DNA of 64,000 nucleotides, taken from contig CAYZJO010000002.1 in the NCBI GenBank assembly GCA_964479165.1, positions 265,493 through 329,492 of the forward strand, read 5' to 3'. This stretch comes from an uncultured Dehalococcoidaceae bacterium (GTDB lineage Bacteria > Chloroflexota > Dehalococcoidia > UBA2979). A model generated the notes under the pieces. That model was not told the DNA's origin and searched no databases. It was given only the letters and a program-made list of their open reading frames with translations. Below are positions 1 to 8,714 of this stretch, piece by piece. The position numbers and the translations under genes were made by a program. The stretch's first letter is position 1; each line of letters begins with the position of its first letter.

Positions 1-490
1 ACGGCTGTGCGTCTTCGAGCTGCGTATTGTTCCCCAGGCGAGCATCCTCACTGAGCACCGTACCGTTCCCGCGGTCGGTAACCAGCGGCGTCCGGCCCGT
101 GGCCAGCTCGAGGGCGCGCCGCAGTCCTCGACGTGTCCCACGCCACCGATGCAGCTCGAGCGCCTCGCGGATCAGCCGCCCGCGCGCCTCGTGCGAGAGG
201 CGCGCGAACGGCCCCGTCGACTCCTCGCCGAGCCAGTCGCCCAGCAGTTGCTGGAGTGCCGGCGGGGCAATCACGGGGTCGAAGTAGTCGGGGAGCGTCG
301 AAGCCATCTGGCGCACCGGTGTGTGGATGTCCTCGAAGATGCGCAGGAAACGCCCGATGAACGGGTCCTGCTCGTAGATCGAGGGAAGGTAGCGCAGCAA
401 CCGGCTCGGCTCGACGTGGGTCGTCTCGAGGTCGAAGTCGGGCACGTCCGCTCGTGGTGCAGGGCCGGCTCCGGGGGCGATCGTGACCAT
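1..490 (-). CDS. Afp12 / phage tail protein I (gpI)-like baseplate protein, N-terminal part only; gene continues beyond the window start
   Basis: My own translation of the reverse strand from an ATG at 488-490 gives MVTIAPGAGPAPRADVPDFDLETTHVEPSRLLRYLPSIYEQDPFIGRFLRIFEDIHTPVRQ... with no stop down to position 1. The LLRYLPxxY...FLRxFE pattern is typical of the gpI/Afp12 N-terminus. It starts 10 nt after the baseplate J stop. It is absent from the ORF track because it runs off the edge. Confidence 0.55.
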   Translation of the reverse strand, partial: MVTIAPGAGPAPRADVPDFDLETTHVEPSRLLRYLPSIYEQDPFIGRFLRIFEDIHTPVRQMASTLPDYFDPVIAPPALQQLLGDWLGEESTGPFARLSHEARGRLIREALELHRWRGTRRGLRRALELATGRTPLVTDRGNGTVLSEDARLGNNTQLEDAQP

Positions 491-500
491 GGGCCGCCTC

Positions 501-2465
501 CTACTCCACCGTCTCGGCGAGGACGAAGCAACTCCCGAGGACGAGCAGCCCGTTCGCAGGCGCGTCCGCCCGCGACGTCTGCTGGTCGCCGACGCGCATC
601 CGGACCCGCTCGACGAAGGCAACACCCGGCAGGTTCTGCAGCGCGGCCGCGATCTGCGACTCGGTCACGCCCGAGCCGAGCTCCCACCCGCGTCCTCGGG
701 GACCGCCTACGAGCGGATTGAGGAAGCGACGGAGTGCTGCCTCGGCACGGGCGGTCATCTCCTCAGTACCAATCCCCTGCTCCACGAAGAGGTGCGCGTC
801 GATGTCGACGATGGCGTTCGCCGGCCCGACGTACTCGACGGTCGTCCCGAGGATCTTGCGCTCGTCGATGCTGGCGCTGACCTCGCGGATAAGCGCGCGC
901 GAGGGCGTCAGACCTTCCGCTGGCAGCGCGGCCTCGGGATCGCCGACATCAGGCACCACGACCAGCCTCACAACGCCGGGCGCGACGTCGAGGACGCAGT
1001 GCGCGCGGCCGACGCCGGGGATCGTGCTCGCGACGCGCTCGTAGTCGTCCTTGGTGACGACCGTCTCGGTCGTGTGCAGGACGGAAAGCGAGCGAAGTCG
1101 CGCCTCCTCGATGGACTCGCTGTCGAGCCCGCCGGTTGCGGGGCGGTAGTTCATGACCGCGCCGATGTACGGCACGGAGGAGCGCAGCTGCGTGATCGCG
1201 CCCTCACCGACGTTGCCCTCGGCGCCGCCGCCCGTGCGGTACGCCGTCATCACCAGGGTCTCCCCACGTCGCGGCGACGCGCCGAGCGTGCGCAGCGTGC
1301 CGTCGCGGCCTCGCATCGAGGAACCGAAGTGGACAACCCCGTTCTCGTAGTCGAGGACGAAGTGCAGGTCGTCGTCGCGCGACCCGCCGAAGTCGTCGAC
1401 CTCGGTCCATGTGCGCACCTCGGTGTCGCGCGTCCCCTCGATGGTGTGCGGCGTCGGGCTGCGCAGGACCGGGTGATCGCGCAGCTCAAGGACCTGCCCG
1501 GGCTCGCCATCGCCCTGCCCGAGTACCTCACCCTGCGCGAGGTAGGCGTGCCGCGCGCGCACCGTCGCAGCGATCGCGGCGGCTGCGATCGAGATGATGA
1601 CGGGTGACTGCTCATAGGCCTGGCCCGGCTTCAGCGTGTGTCGCACTCGGACCCACGTCGCCTCGACGCCGTCGACCGTCGTGCGTCGCGAGTCGATCGG
1701 GACGTGGAGGTAGAGATCGCCCGCGCGGTTGAGGCCGAGCGTCGGGTCCATGTCGCCCGGAGCGCGACGCCTCCCGGTGCCCGTGCTGTCGAGGAGGGGC
1801 AGCGACCGCCAGTCGCCGCGGTCATCCGACCAGTACTCCCACGACAGCGGCGGGTCGCGCGGATCGATGTGGGTCGCCGCGTGCAGGGCGGCGTCGATGC
1901 GCAGCTGCAGGCTCTGCCCCGCGAGATCGCCCTCGAAGCCGATGTAGAACGCGTCGCCGTCCTGCGGCTCCTCGTTGAAGATCGGCGCCTCGACGCGACC
2001 ACCGGTCGTGTACGGCAGGTAGTTCTCGAAGCCCGAACCCTGCCGCCACGCGCGCTGTGCGATGAGCACAGGCTGATCGATCGTCAGCGGCTCCATCGTC
2101 GCGAAGACAAGTGCCTCGGTGTCCTCGGTGCGGTCGGTCGCGACCTCGGTCTCTGCCGGCACGGTGAATGGACGCTGGAGCGGCGCCGACAGGTAGAAGG
2201 TGACGTCGACCTCGGCCGGAACGGGCGGGTAGCGCTTCACGCCGACCATGTCGAGGAAGCGCTCGTACATCGCGTCCGGCACGCGGTTGATCTGGTACAG
2301 CGTCATCTCGGTCATCCACGCGAATAGCTCGAGCAGCGTGATGCCGGGGTCGCTGACGTTATGGTCTGTCCACTCCGGGCAGTAGCGCGGGATCAAGCGT
2401 CGCGCCTCGTCGACGATGTCCTGGAACTCGCGCAGGTCGAGGGGCCGGTCGGGCGTCGTCACCAC
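501..2465 (-). CDS. baseplate J-like protein (Afp11-like, putative baseplate assembly protein)
   Basis: 654 aa with a GTG start. The N-terminus RYCPEWTDHNVSDPGITLLELFAWMTE matches the WTDHNxSDPGxTLLE signature of the baseplate_J / TIGR02243 family. It follows gp25 directly. Confidence 0.85.
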   Translation of the reverse strand: MVTTPDRPLDLREFQDIVDEARRLIPRYCPEWTDHNVSDPGITLLELFAWMTEMTLYQINRVPDAMYERFLDMVGVKRYPPVPAEVDVTFYLSAPLQRPFTVPAETEVATDRTEDTEALVFATMEPLTIDQPVLIAQRAWRQGSGFENYLPYTTGGRVEAPIFNEEPQDGDAFYIGFEGDLAGQSLQLRIDAALHAATHIDPRDPPLSWEYWSDDRGDWRSLPLLDSTGTGRRRAPGDMDPTLGLNRAGDLYLHVPIDSRRTTVDGVEATWVRVRHTLKPGQAYEQSPVIISIAAAAIAATVRARHAYLAQGEVLGQGDGEPGQVLELRDHPVLRSPTPHTIEGTRDTEVRTWTEVDDFGGSRDDDLHFVLDYENGVVHFGSSMRGRDGTLRTLGASPRRGETLVMTAYRTGGGAEGNVGEGAITQLRSSVPYIGAVMNYRPATGGLDSESIEEARLRSLSVLHTTETVVTKDDYERVASTIPGVGRAHCVLDVAPGVVRLVVVPDVGDPEAALPAEGLTPSRALIREVSASIDERKILGTTVEYVGPANAIVDIDAHLFVEQGIGTEEMTARAEAALRRFLNPLVGGPRGRGWELGSGVTESQIAAALQNLPGVAFVERVRMRVGDQQTSRADAPANGLLVLGSCFVLAETVE

Positions 2466-2489
2466 GGTGATGCCTCGCTCATTCCTCGG

Positions 2490-2954
2490 TTAGTCCTCGC
2501 CGATGAGGTAGAAGGGATAGACGAGCGTCCGGTCGTCCTTCGTCGCGCGGATCTGGTAGCCGATCTCGATGTCCACCCAGCCGTGCGCCGGCGTCGGCAC
2601 GATCTCGATGTTCACCACGTCGATGCGCGGCTCCCAGAACGCGAGCGCCTCTTCGACGTAGCGGCGCATGTATCCGAACGTCGTCGCGTTCAGCGGAGCG
2701 AAGACGAGCTCGTGGATCTGGCAGCCGAACGTCGGCCGCATCCGCCGCTCCCCCGGACGCGTTCCGATGATGATGCGGATGGCCTGCTCGATGTCCGTGT
2801 CGTAGCGCGCCATCGCGATGCCGCCGCGCGCACGGCTCACCGACGTCAGCTCGTAGGGCCTCCGCAGATCGACACGCACCGGGAAATGCCAGCCGACGCC
2901 GACAATCTGCTCCTCGACGTTGCCGTTCCGGCCGTTGCCGTTGCTCATCACCAT
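2490..2954 (-). CDS. GPW/gp25-family baseplate wedge protein (Afp9-like)
   Basis: 154 aa. IEQAIRIIIGTRPGERRMRPTFGCQIHELVFAPLN matches the GPW_gp25 core. Alternative start at 2948. Confidence 0.85.
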   Translation of the reverse strand: MVMSNGNGRNGNVEEQIVGVGWHFPVRVDLRRPYELTSVSRARGGIAMARYDTDIEQAIRIIIGTRPGERRMRPTFGCQIHELVFAPLNATTFGYMRRYVEEALAFWEPRIDVVNIEIVPTPAHGWVDIEIGYQIRATKDDRTLVYPFYLIGED

Positions 2955-2979
2955 CGCGGCGCGCTCCTGATCGCGTTGC

Positions 2980-4722
2980 TCATGGCCCGATCGCCACGTT
3001 GGGCGCCTTCACCTCGGTGCGGCCGCTGGCCTGCAACGTTGCGGTCGCGTTCGCCTTGAGGTTGAGCTGCGTCCCCGCCTCGACGCTCGTGGCGCCGGTC
3101 GAGCTCTTGAACGACAGCGAACCCGTTGCCTCGAGCTTGATGTCGCGGTCCGCCTTCATCTCGATCGATCCCTTGGCCTTGATCGTGACGTCGCCGTCCA
3201 TCTCGATCGTCAGGCTCTTCGCCTGCGTGTCGATCAAGAGCTTGTTGCTGCCGGTCGAGTCGACGATGGTGATGCCCGGCGAACTGCTGCTGTCGTCGAG
3301 GATGAGCGTGTGGCCCGTCCGCGACTTGATGATCCGGCGCTCCACCTGGCCGCCCGCGACGTTCTTCGAGCTCACCTCGGGCGGCTTGTCTCGCTGATTC
3401 CAGAGGCCACCGAGGACGAAGAGCTGATTGACGTCGCTCCCGACGACGAGCACTTCGTCGTCGACCTCGGGGAGGAACTGCACCCCGCGCTCGGCGCCCG
3501 CGCCCGGCGAGACGACGCGGCACCAGTGGCTCTCGACGTCCGCGCCGAGCGTCGGCAACTTCACCTTCACCCGGCCGCGGTCGCCTTCGTCGTCCTTGTT
3601 GTTCGTGACGATGCCGACCAGCATCTGCATCCCACCACCGGATCGCGGCGATAGCAGGCTGAGGACGTCCGTCGGGCGGCGTCCCGAGATGCTGAAGTGG
3701 TTGCGGTAGCCGTCCTGGCCGTAGCTGTGGGTGACGGCCGTGACGAAGTAGCTGCCGCTGAAGCGCTGCCCGGCGTTCTGGATCTTGAGCTCGCTCCCCA
3801 GGCGCAGCCGCGGATCGCCGATCGCCTCGCCCTCGGCGGTGATGAAGGCCTGCTCGAGCTCGTTGAGGGCGGCCTGTGCCAGCGCCGTCGCCTGCGTCAG
3901 GTTCACGATGTGCTCGCGGGCGATGACAACCTTCGCGCTGTCGTTGAACGACTTCTTGGCGGTGTCGCCGCCGGAAGACCGCTCCTCGACCTCGGTGGTC
4001 ACCTCGCCACGCTTCGCGGTTCCGACGATTTCTTCCTTCTTCAAGGGGTCCCAGCCGCGAACCTCGACTTCCTTCACCTGCTCGGACGCCGTGAGTTGGG
4101 CACGGAAGGACAGCAGGTTGTCGCCGTAGGTGAGATCGACCCCCTCCGCCTCAATGCTGGGCGGCGCTTTCATCACGAGCTTCTTGCCCTGCACCTGCAG
4201 CTCGAGGCCGTTGCGCTGGGCGCGGTCCTGCAGGAACTCCCAGTCCGTCCGGTTGTCCTGGAGGACGTAGGCGTGCACCGGCCTCGTGGTGGTGACCTCC
4301 GCGGTCATCCCGCGCTCCTGTGCGATCTTCCGAGCAATGTCCGCGTCGGACATGCTGTTGAAGACGCGCGTCTGGCGTCCGCGGTGCAGGCGGTAGCCCC
4401 GGTCGTAGGCACGCACGACCAGCTGCGCGACGCCGGCCATGTCGTTGTTCAGCTCGATTCCCGTGATCTCGCCGACGAACACCTCCCGACGCAGGTTGTT
4501 GCTGCCGAGTTCGATGGTCAGCTCGGCGCCGATCTTCATCTGCGTCGAGTCCGACCACTCGAAGTCGAGGTCCCCGAACGTCAGCGTGGCCATGTCCGGC
4601 AGGTGCACGCTGCTGTCGACCTCGAGCTCGAGGAGGTCGGCGAGCATCGCGTCAGGAATCGCCGCTCCGTTCGCCTTGATGAAGGCCTGTGCGACCGCGC
4701 GTTCGGCGACGTCACTCGGCAT
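2980..4722 (-). CDS. VgrG / phage late control gene D-like spike protein (Afp8-like) with C-terminal beta-helix repeats
   Basis: The ORF track extends to 4773, but an ATG at 4720-4722 (MPSDVAERAV...) removes the overlap with the upstream LysM gene. The protein has a gpD-like N-terminal region and a C-terminus with gp5-like repetitive beta strands (DGDVTIKAKGSIEMKADRDIKLEATGSLSFKSSTGATSVEAGTQLNLKA). Confidence 0.85.
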   Translation of the reverse strand: MPSDVAERAVAQAFIKANGAAIPDAMLADLLELEVDSSVHLPDMATLTFGDLDFEWSDSTQMKIGAELTIELGSNNLRREVFVGEITGIELNNDMAGVAQLVVRAYDRGYRLHRGRQTRVFNSMSDADIARKIAQERGMTAEVTTTRPVHAYVLQDNRTDWEFLQDRAQRNGLELQVQGKKLVMKAPPSIEAEGVDLTYGDNLLSFRAQLTASEQVKEVEVRGWDPLKKEEIVGTAKRGEVTTEVEERSSGGDTAKKSFNDSAKVVIAREHIVNLTQATALAQAALNELEQAFITAEGEAIGDPRLRLGSELKIQNAGQRFSGSYFVTAVTHSYGQDGYRNHFSISGRRPTDVLSLLSPRSGGGMQMLVGIVTNNKDDEGDRGRVKVKLPTLGADVESHWCRVVSPGAGAERGVQFLPEVDDEVLVVGSDVNQLFVLGGLWNQRDKPPEVSSKNVAGGQVERRIIKSRTGHTLILDDSSSSPGITIVDSTGSNKLLIDTQAKSLTIEMDGDVTIKAKGSIEMKADRDIKLEATGSLSFKSSTGATSVEAGTQLNLKANATATLQASGRTEVKAPNVAIGP

Positions 4723-4724
4723 CG

Positions 4725-5369
4725 CTAGACCACCGGCACAATCGCGAGGCGCTGCCCGGGCCGGAGCGACCACGGGTCATCGAGACCGTTGGTCTCGGCG
4801 ATGTGGTGCCAGCGCGCTGCGTCGCCGAGCTCGCGGTAGGCGATGAGGTCGAGCGTCTCGCCGGGCAGCACGGTATGACTGCGGAGCCCGCGCTCGCCTC
4901 CCGAGGTGGGGTTCTGCCCCGAGGGCTGGTCCGGCACCTCCTCGAGGCTGACCTTCACCTTCGCCCTCGCCGGCCGGCCGTCCGGGTGGAACATCGTGTA
5001 CGTCACGTCGACCGAGCTGACGAGCGACTTGAACAGCGTCTCGTTGCCCCAGCCGAACTTCACGAACTGGGGCCGCGGCTTCTTCGCGGCCCCCTCGGTG
5101 CCGCTGTCCACCATGACCAACTTCTCGAGCTTCGAGACGAAGTCGCGGACATTGCCGTCGTTCTCGTACTCGTCGACGAAGATCTCGAAGGAGAGCTTGC
5201 GCGCCTCACCGCTCTCGAACTCGAGCTTGGGGACGTTCTTGCCCTTCTGCTCGGTGCGCTTGAACTTCACGCGCTTGGCGATGGTGTATTCCTTCGGGTT
5301 GAAGGCGAACTCCACGCGCGTCTTCGCGCCATCGACTCCCTCGATGTAGGCCTTGTCCGGATTCGGCAT
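4725..5369 (-). CDS. LysM-domain tail protein (Afp7 / phage gpX-like)
   Basis: 214 aa. C-terminal LysM segment HTVLPGETLDLIAYRELGDAARWHHIAETNGLDDPWSLRPGQRLAIVP. A strong RBS (GGAGGAGG) lies upstream of the ATG at 5369. Confidence 0.8.
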   Translation of the reverse strand: MPNPDKAYIEGVDGAKTRVEFAFNPKEYTIAKRVKFKRTEQKGKNVPKLEFESGEARKLSFEIFVDEYENDGNVRDFVSKLEKLVMVDSGTEGAAKKPRPQFVKFGWGNETLFKSLVSSVDVTYTMFHPDGRPARAKVKVSLEEVPDQPSGQNPTSGGERGLRSHTVLPGETLDLIAYRELGDAARWHHIAETNGLDDPWSLRPGQRLAIVPVV

Positions 5370-5383
5370 CGCCGGTCCTCCTC

Positions 5384-7789
5384 CTACGTCCAGCGCTCGC
5401 CGCGGCCGGCGCGCTCGCGTTCGACGACGAAGCGGCGTCGCAGCCGCGTGTAGATGGCCTGCGCCAGGCGATCGAGTGCCTGCGCGTCCGGCTCGGCGGG
5501 GGCTTCGGCACCGGTGTCGGAGGCGGGCGTGCTCTCGGGAGGCTCCGCCATCTCCGCGCGCAGGACCGCAACGGGCCCCTCCGACCGTGCCTGCCGGAAG
5601 ACCTCCTCGTCGGCTGCTGGCGCGGTGGTGTGACGGGTTATCGAGGGCTGCTCGGCGCGCCGCACGGCCGCCTCGACGCGGGGGGACGGCGTCAGAGGTG
5701 GCGCACTACGGGGACTCGCCGCCCCGGGCGCAAGTCCGAGCTGCCGCGCAAGCACGTCGGCGTGCACCGTCTGAGGGCGGGCGTCAGCCGGCGCGGGCAT
5801 CGATTCGGGCGCCGGGCGGCGGAAGACGCGACGTACCTCGCTGGGCGCGGGGGCTTCGGCGCGCGGACTTCGGTGCAGCAACGTGGGGGCCGCGGGACTC
5901 GTCGGCTCCGTCACCCGTGCTGCGAGGTCCACCGCAGGCGACGCTGACGCCGGCGCCTCGATGCGAGCCTGCGCGGGCGGCGCAGCGGCCGGGGGGTCGA
6001 ACGGGCGCTCACGAAGAACGAGCTCGGGTGGTGGGGCAGCGGCTGTGCGACGGCTCTGCGGTGCAACATCCCTGATCGGCTCGGCTGGCCCGAGCGACTC
6101 GCTGGGTCGGGCCGCTGCAACCACTTTCGCGCCGGCAACCAGCGCTGCCGTCATGTGTGCTCGCAGCTGCTCAGAGTCTGGCGCGGCGCCTGCATCCATC
6201 CGAGCAGTGAGCTGCAGCGGGATCGGGCCTTCCGCGCGGGCGCGCTCCTCCTGCACCGTCGACTCGCCCGGCGCGATATCTGGTGGGGCCGCAGGTTCAG
6301 CCACAACCTCGTCGAGGTGGAACTCGTGGCGGAGGAGGAGACGCGACTCCAGCATCGGTGGCGAACTCACGGCCCTCTCAGGCTCTGAAGTCGCCGAGGT
6401 TCGCGCAGGCTGCTGTGCTCGAGCCGTCGTAGTTGTCGTCGCGGTGGTGCCTGGCTCCGGGTGTCCCGAGATACGACGAAGAACGCGCCGAACGAGCGAC
6501 GGCCCTGGCGATGCCGGCTGCTCGGACCCGACCGCAGGAGGGGCGGGCGCCGGTCCCGGCCCGAGTGCAGGCGCAGGATCGTCTCTCGCGACGGCTGGCT
6601 GCGTCCCCGGCCCCCCGGCAGCAACCTCGATGCGCGGTGCGACCGGACGAGCCTCCGCGCCCTCGCCCTGATCGAGCGGTCGGGGCACGGGGTCGGCGCT
6701 CACCAAACGCTGCACGCTGACCGCTTCCGCCGGACCAGCCTCGTGGCGCAGCTCAAGACGGACAGGCGGCACGTCGCGCGAAGGCGGCGTCTTGTCCGCA
6801 TCGTCGCGCAACGTGGGAGCACTCGGGCGTTCGTCGCTGGCCGGCCCCTCCATCACGTCCTCCCCAACGACAACGTGCGGGGTCTTCGCGGGAGGCGTGG
6901 GCTCCGAGGCAGGCTCCGCAGCGTCGGACGGAGCCGGTGCTTCGCGGCGAAACACGCGCCGAGCGAACGTGGCCAGCGGCGACGTCGCGCGCGCGGCGGG
7001 TTCCTCGGCGGTCGGATGTTCCGCGTGCTGGGTGGCCGGGGTTGCCGAGGCCGGGGTGGGCTCGACGCTGGGCTGGCGCATCAGCGCGGATGGCGAAGCC
7101 TGGAGCGACGCCTCGTCCTCATGCGCAGGGTGGCGCGCGACGAGTCGCCCCGGTTGTGTCGTGGAAGCGGGCGGCGGAGCCGACGTTCGCGCCTCGGCGA
7201 CGGGCGGAGGCTCGGAGACGACAGGTGACGCGTACCTCGATTCCGCCTCAACCGCCCGCGCGGCCATCGACCGCGGCCGTGGAGGTCGGGCGGACGCGTC
7301 GATGCCCGGCTCGGGACGCGGGTCCAGCAACCGGAAGATGCGCCGCACGAAGGGAACGCGGGGCGCGGGAGTGCTCGTGGTCTGCACCACCGGCGCGTCG
7401 ACGTCGCCGGCCTCGCCCCCGTCCGCGGGACCGAACGGCTGCGCGAGGCGCGCGAGCGACGCTGCCGTCGGCGACTGGATCGTGAGCACGGGGCGCTCCA
7501 GCCGCGTCGCCGGCTTCAACGGCTGGCGGAGCGCGGGATGAGCCTCGGGGGTGGTGAGCGTGCGCGCGACCCTCGTGCGCGCGGGACTGCGCTGCGCCTG
7601 GCGCAGCAGCGCGATGCCGGGCGTACGTCCGAGGCGTGTGCCCATCGTTGGCACGTCAGGGTTGTCGCCCCACGCGCCGGGGATCGTCAGCCCCTCAATG
7701 CGGCGCTCTGCCTCGCCATACCAGTCCCGCGAGGCCAGCCCCTCCGAAGGCGTCTTGGCTGCGCCGTTGGTGGTGTTCACGTTATCCAC
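5384..7789 (-). CDS. Pro/Ala/Arg-rich low-complexity protein; candidate tape-measure / tail length-determination protein (Afp14-like)
   Basis: 801-aa ORF with no stops, tightly packed between the second tube gene (8-nt overlap, GTG start) and the LysM gene. Its position (tube, chaperone-like gene, TMP, gpX, gpD) mirrors phage and eCIS synteny. The composition is highly biased, so the assignment is positional and compositional only. Confidence 0.45.
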   Translation of the reverse strand: MDNVNTTNGAAKTPSEGLASRDWYGEAERRIEGLTIPGAWGDNPDVPTMGTRLGRTPGIALLRQAQRSPARTRVARTLTTPEAHPALRQPLKPATRLERPVLTIQSPTAASLARLAQPFGPADGGEAGDVDAPVVQTTSTPAPRVPFVRRIFRLLDPRPEPGIDASARPPRPRSMAARAVEAESRYASPVVSEPPPVAEARTSAPPPASTTQPGRLVARHPAHEDEASLQASPSALMRQPSVEPTPASATPATQHAEHPTAEEPAARATSPLATFARRVFRREAPAPSDAAEPASEPTPPAKTPHVVVGEDVMEGPASDERPSAPTLRDDADKTPPSRDVPPVRLELRHEAGPAEAVSVQRLVSADPVPRPLDQGEGAEARPVAPRIEVAAGGPGTQPAVARDDPAPALGPGPAPAPPAVGSEQPASPGPSLVRRVLRRISGHPEPGTTATTTTTARAQQPARTSATSEPERAVSSPPMLESRLLLRHEFHLDEVVAEPAAPPDIAPGESTVQEERARAEGPIPLQLTARMDAGAAPDSEQLRAHMTAALVAGAKVVAAARPSESLGPAEPIRDVAPQSRRTAAAPPPELVLRERPFDPPAAAPPAQARIEAPASASPAVDLAARVTEPTSPAAPTLLHRSPRAEAPAPSEVRRVFRRPAPESMPAPADARPQTVHADVLARQLGLAPGAASPRSAPPLTPSPRVEAAVRRAEQPSITRHTTAPAADEEVFRQARSEGPVAVLRAEMAEPPESTPASDTGAEAPAEPDAQALDRLAQAIYTRLRRRFVVERERAGRGERWT

Positions 7790-8237
7790 TCGGGATCAGC
7801 CCCGCGTGTGCGAACTCGAGGGTCTCGATGGCCGCGTCGTTCGACGTGACGTTGAGCGCGGGACCGCTCCACTTCACGGGGAACGCGTCCGAGAAGTCCC
7901 AGCGGCGCACGGTCGCGCCCTCGGAGTCCGCGAGGATGATGCTGATCGGCTTGCGGGCCAACTCCCCGCGCGCCACCTCGAGGAACCAGTCGTACAGCTC
8001 GGTCGAGGCGAACACGGCCTGCTTGAGGCTGATGTTGTCGTAGCTCATACGGCCGGGAAACTGGTGCGCGTGCGTGTTGAGGCCGCCCTCCTCCCACTTC
8101 TCGACGGAGATCGTCGCGGTGAGGCCGCCGCACTCGGTGAAGATGCCCTGCACGCTGCCGTCGATCTCGACCATGAAGCTGAAGCCGAGGCCGATCGCCA
8201 CATCGTCGAGCGACTTGCTGTCGTAGAGGACGGCCAT
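7782..8237 (-). CDS. contractile-tail inner tube protein (Afp5-like, second tube paralogue)
   Basis: 151 aa starting MAVLYDSKSLDDVAIGLGFSFMVEIDG, homologous in pattern to the tube protein at 9137..9601 (MPQLYDSGAVSEDPLLGFAFYLDLES). Confidence 0.85.
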   Translation of the reverse strand: MAVLYDSKSLDDVAIGLGFSFMVEIDGSVQGIFTECGGLTATISVEKWEEGGLNTHAHQFPGRMSYDNISLKQAVFASTELYDWFLEVARGELARKPISIILADSEGATVRRWDFSDAFPVKWSGPALNVTSNDAAIETLEFAHAGLIPSG

Positions 8238-8451
8238 CGCCCGCTACCTCCAGCGCTCGATGCCACCGCCGCGGCGCTCGCGCTGACGCGCGAGGTCCTC
8301 GGCGAGCAGCCGGTAGACGCGCTCGGTGAGCTGGTCGAGGGCGCGCTCGGACAGGGCCGCCGGCTCTGCGGTCGGAGTCCCGGTGTTGGGCGCAGCCTCG
8401 ATGGGCTCGTTCATGCGGTCTCGGTTCCTTCGACGGCGCGGGCGTCGCGAC

Positions 8452-8714
8452 TCACGAACGCCCGGCGTTCATTCGCTCGTTGATGCGGCTGATCTCCTCA
8501 GCCCAGGCGCGGCGCTCCCGGTGCTCGAGGCGCAGCACTTCGTCTCGCGGCCAGTGGAAGTGGTACGAGACGAAGGCTGCCTCCTCCAGCAGTTGCTGCT
8601 CCGGGTAGCCGACGGCGCTCCAGTGCCGGCCGAGCCGCCGCAGCCCGAACTCGCCGAGCTCCTTGCTCAGCGTGTCATCGGCGGCAGGCCCGCCGCCGCG
8701 AGCGCCCGTTCCAG
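8452..8714 (-). CDS. -1 frame extension ORF; candidate transframe C-terminus of the upstream CxxC protein (tail assembly chaperone-like). It has no independent start codon.
   Basis: This -1 frame segment encodes a protein-like sequence (…LSKELGEFGLRRLGRHWSAVGYPEQQLLEEAAFVSYHFHWPRDEVLRLEHRERRAWAEEISRINERMNAGRS). There is no in-frame ATG/GTG/TTG after the stop of ORF 8667..9137. The only in-frame start (GTG 8823) would add a junk-like Arg/Gly N-terminus. Confidence 0.4.

Noticed and set aside
149-1607. Long plus-strand ORFs (149..721, 483..1607 and others) overlapping the baseplate J and Afp12-like genes
   Set aside because: These are antisense or shadow ORFs typical of ~70% GC DNA. Their proteins are Arg/Ala/Pro-rich with no motifs, and they overlap well-supported genes.
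5384-7789. Possibility that the 801-aa Pro/Ala-rich ORF is a non-coding GC-rich spacer
   Set aside because: Considered, but the flanking genes abut it with start and stop overlaps, nothing else occupies 2.4 kb on either strand, and its position matches the tape-measure slot. I kept it as a low-to-moderate-confidence CDS.
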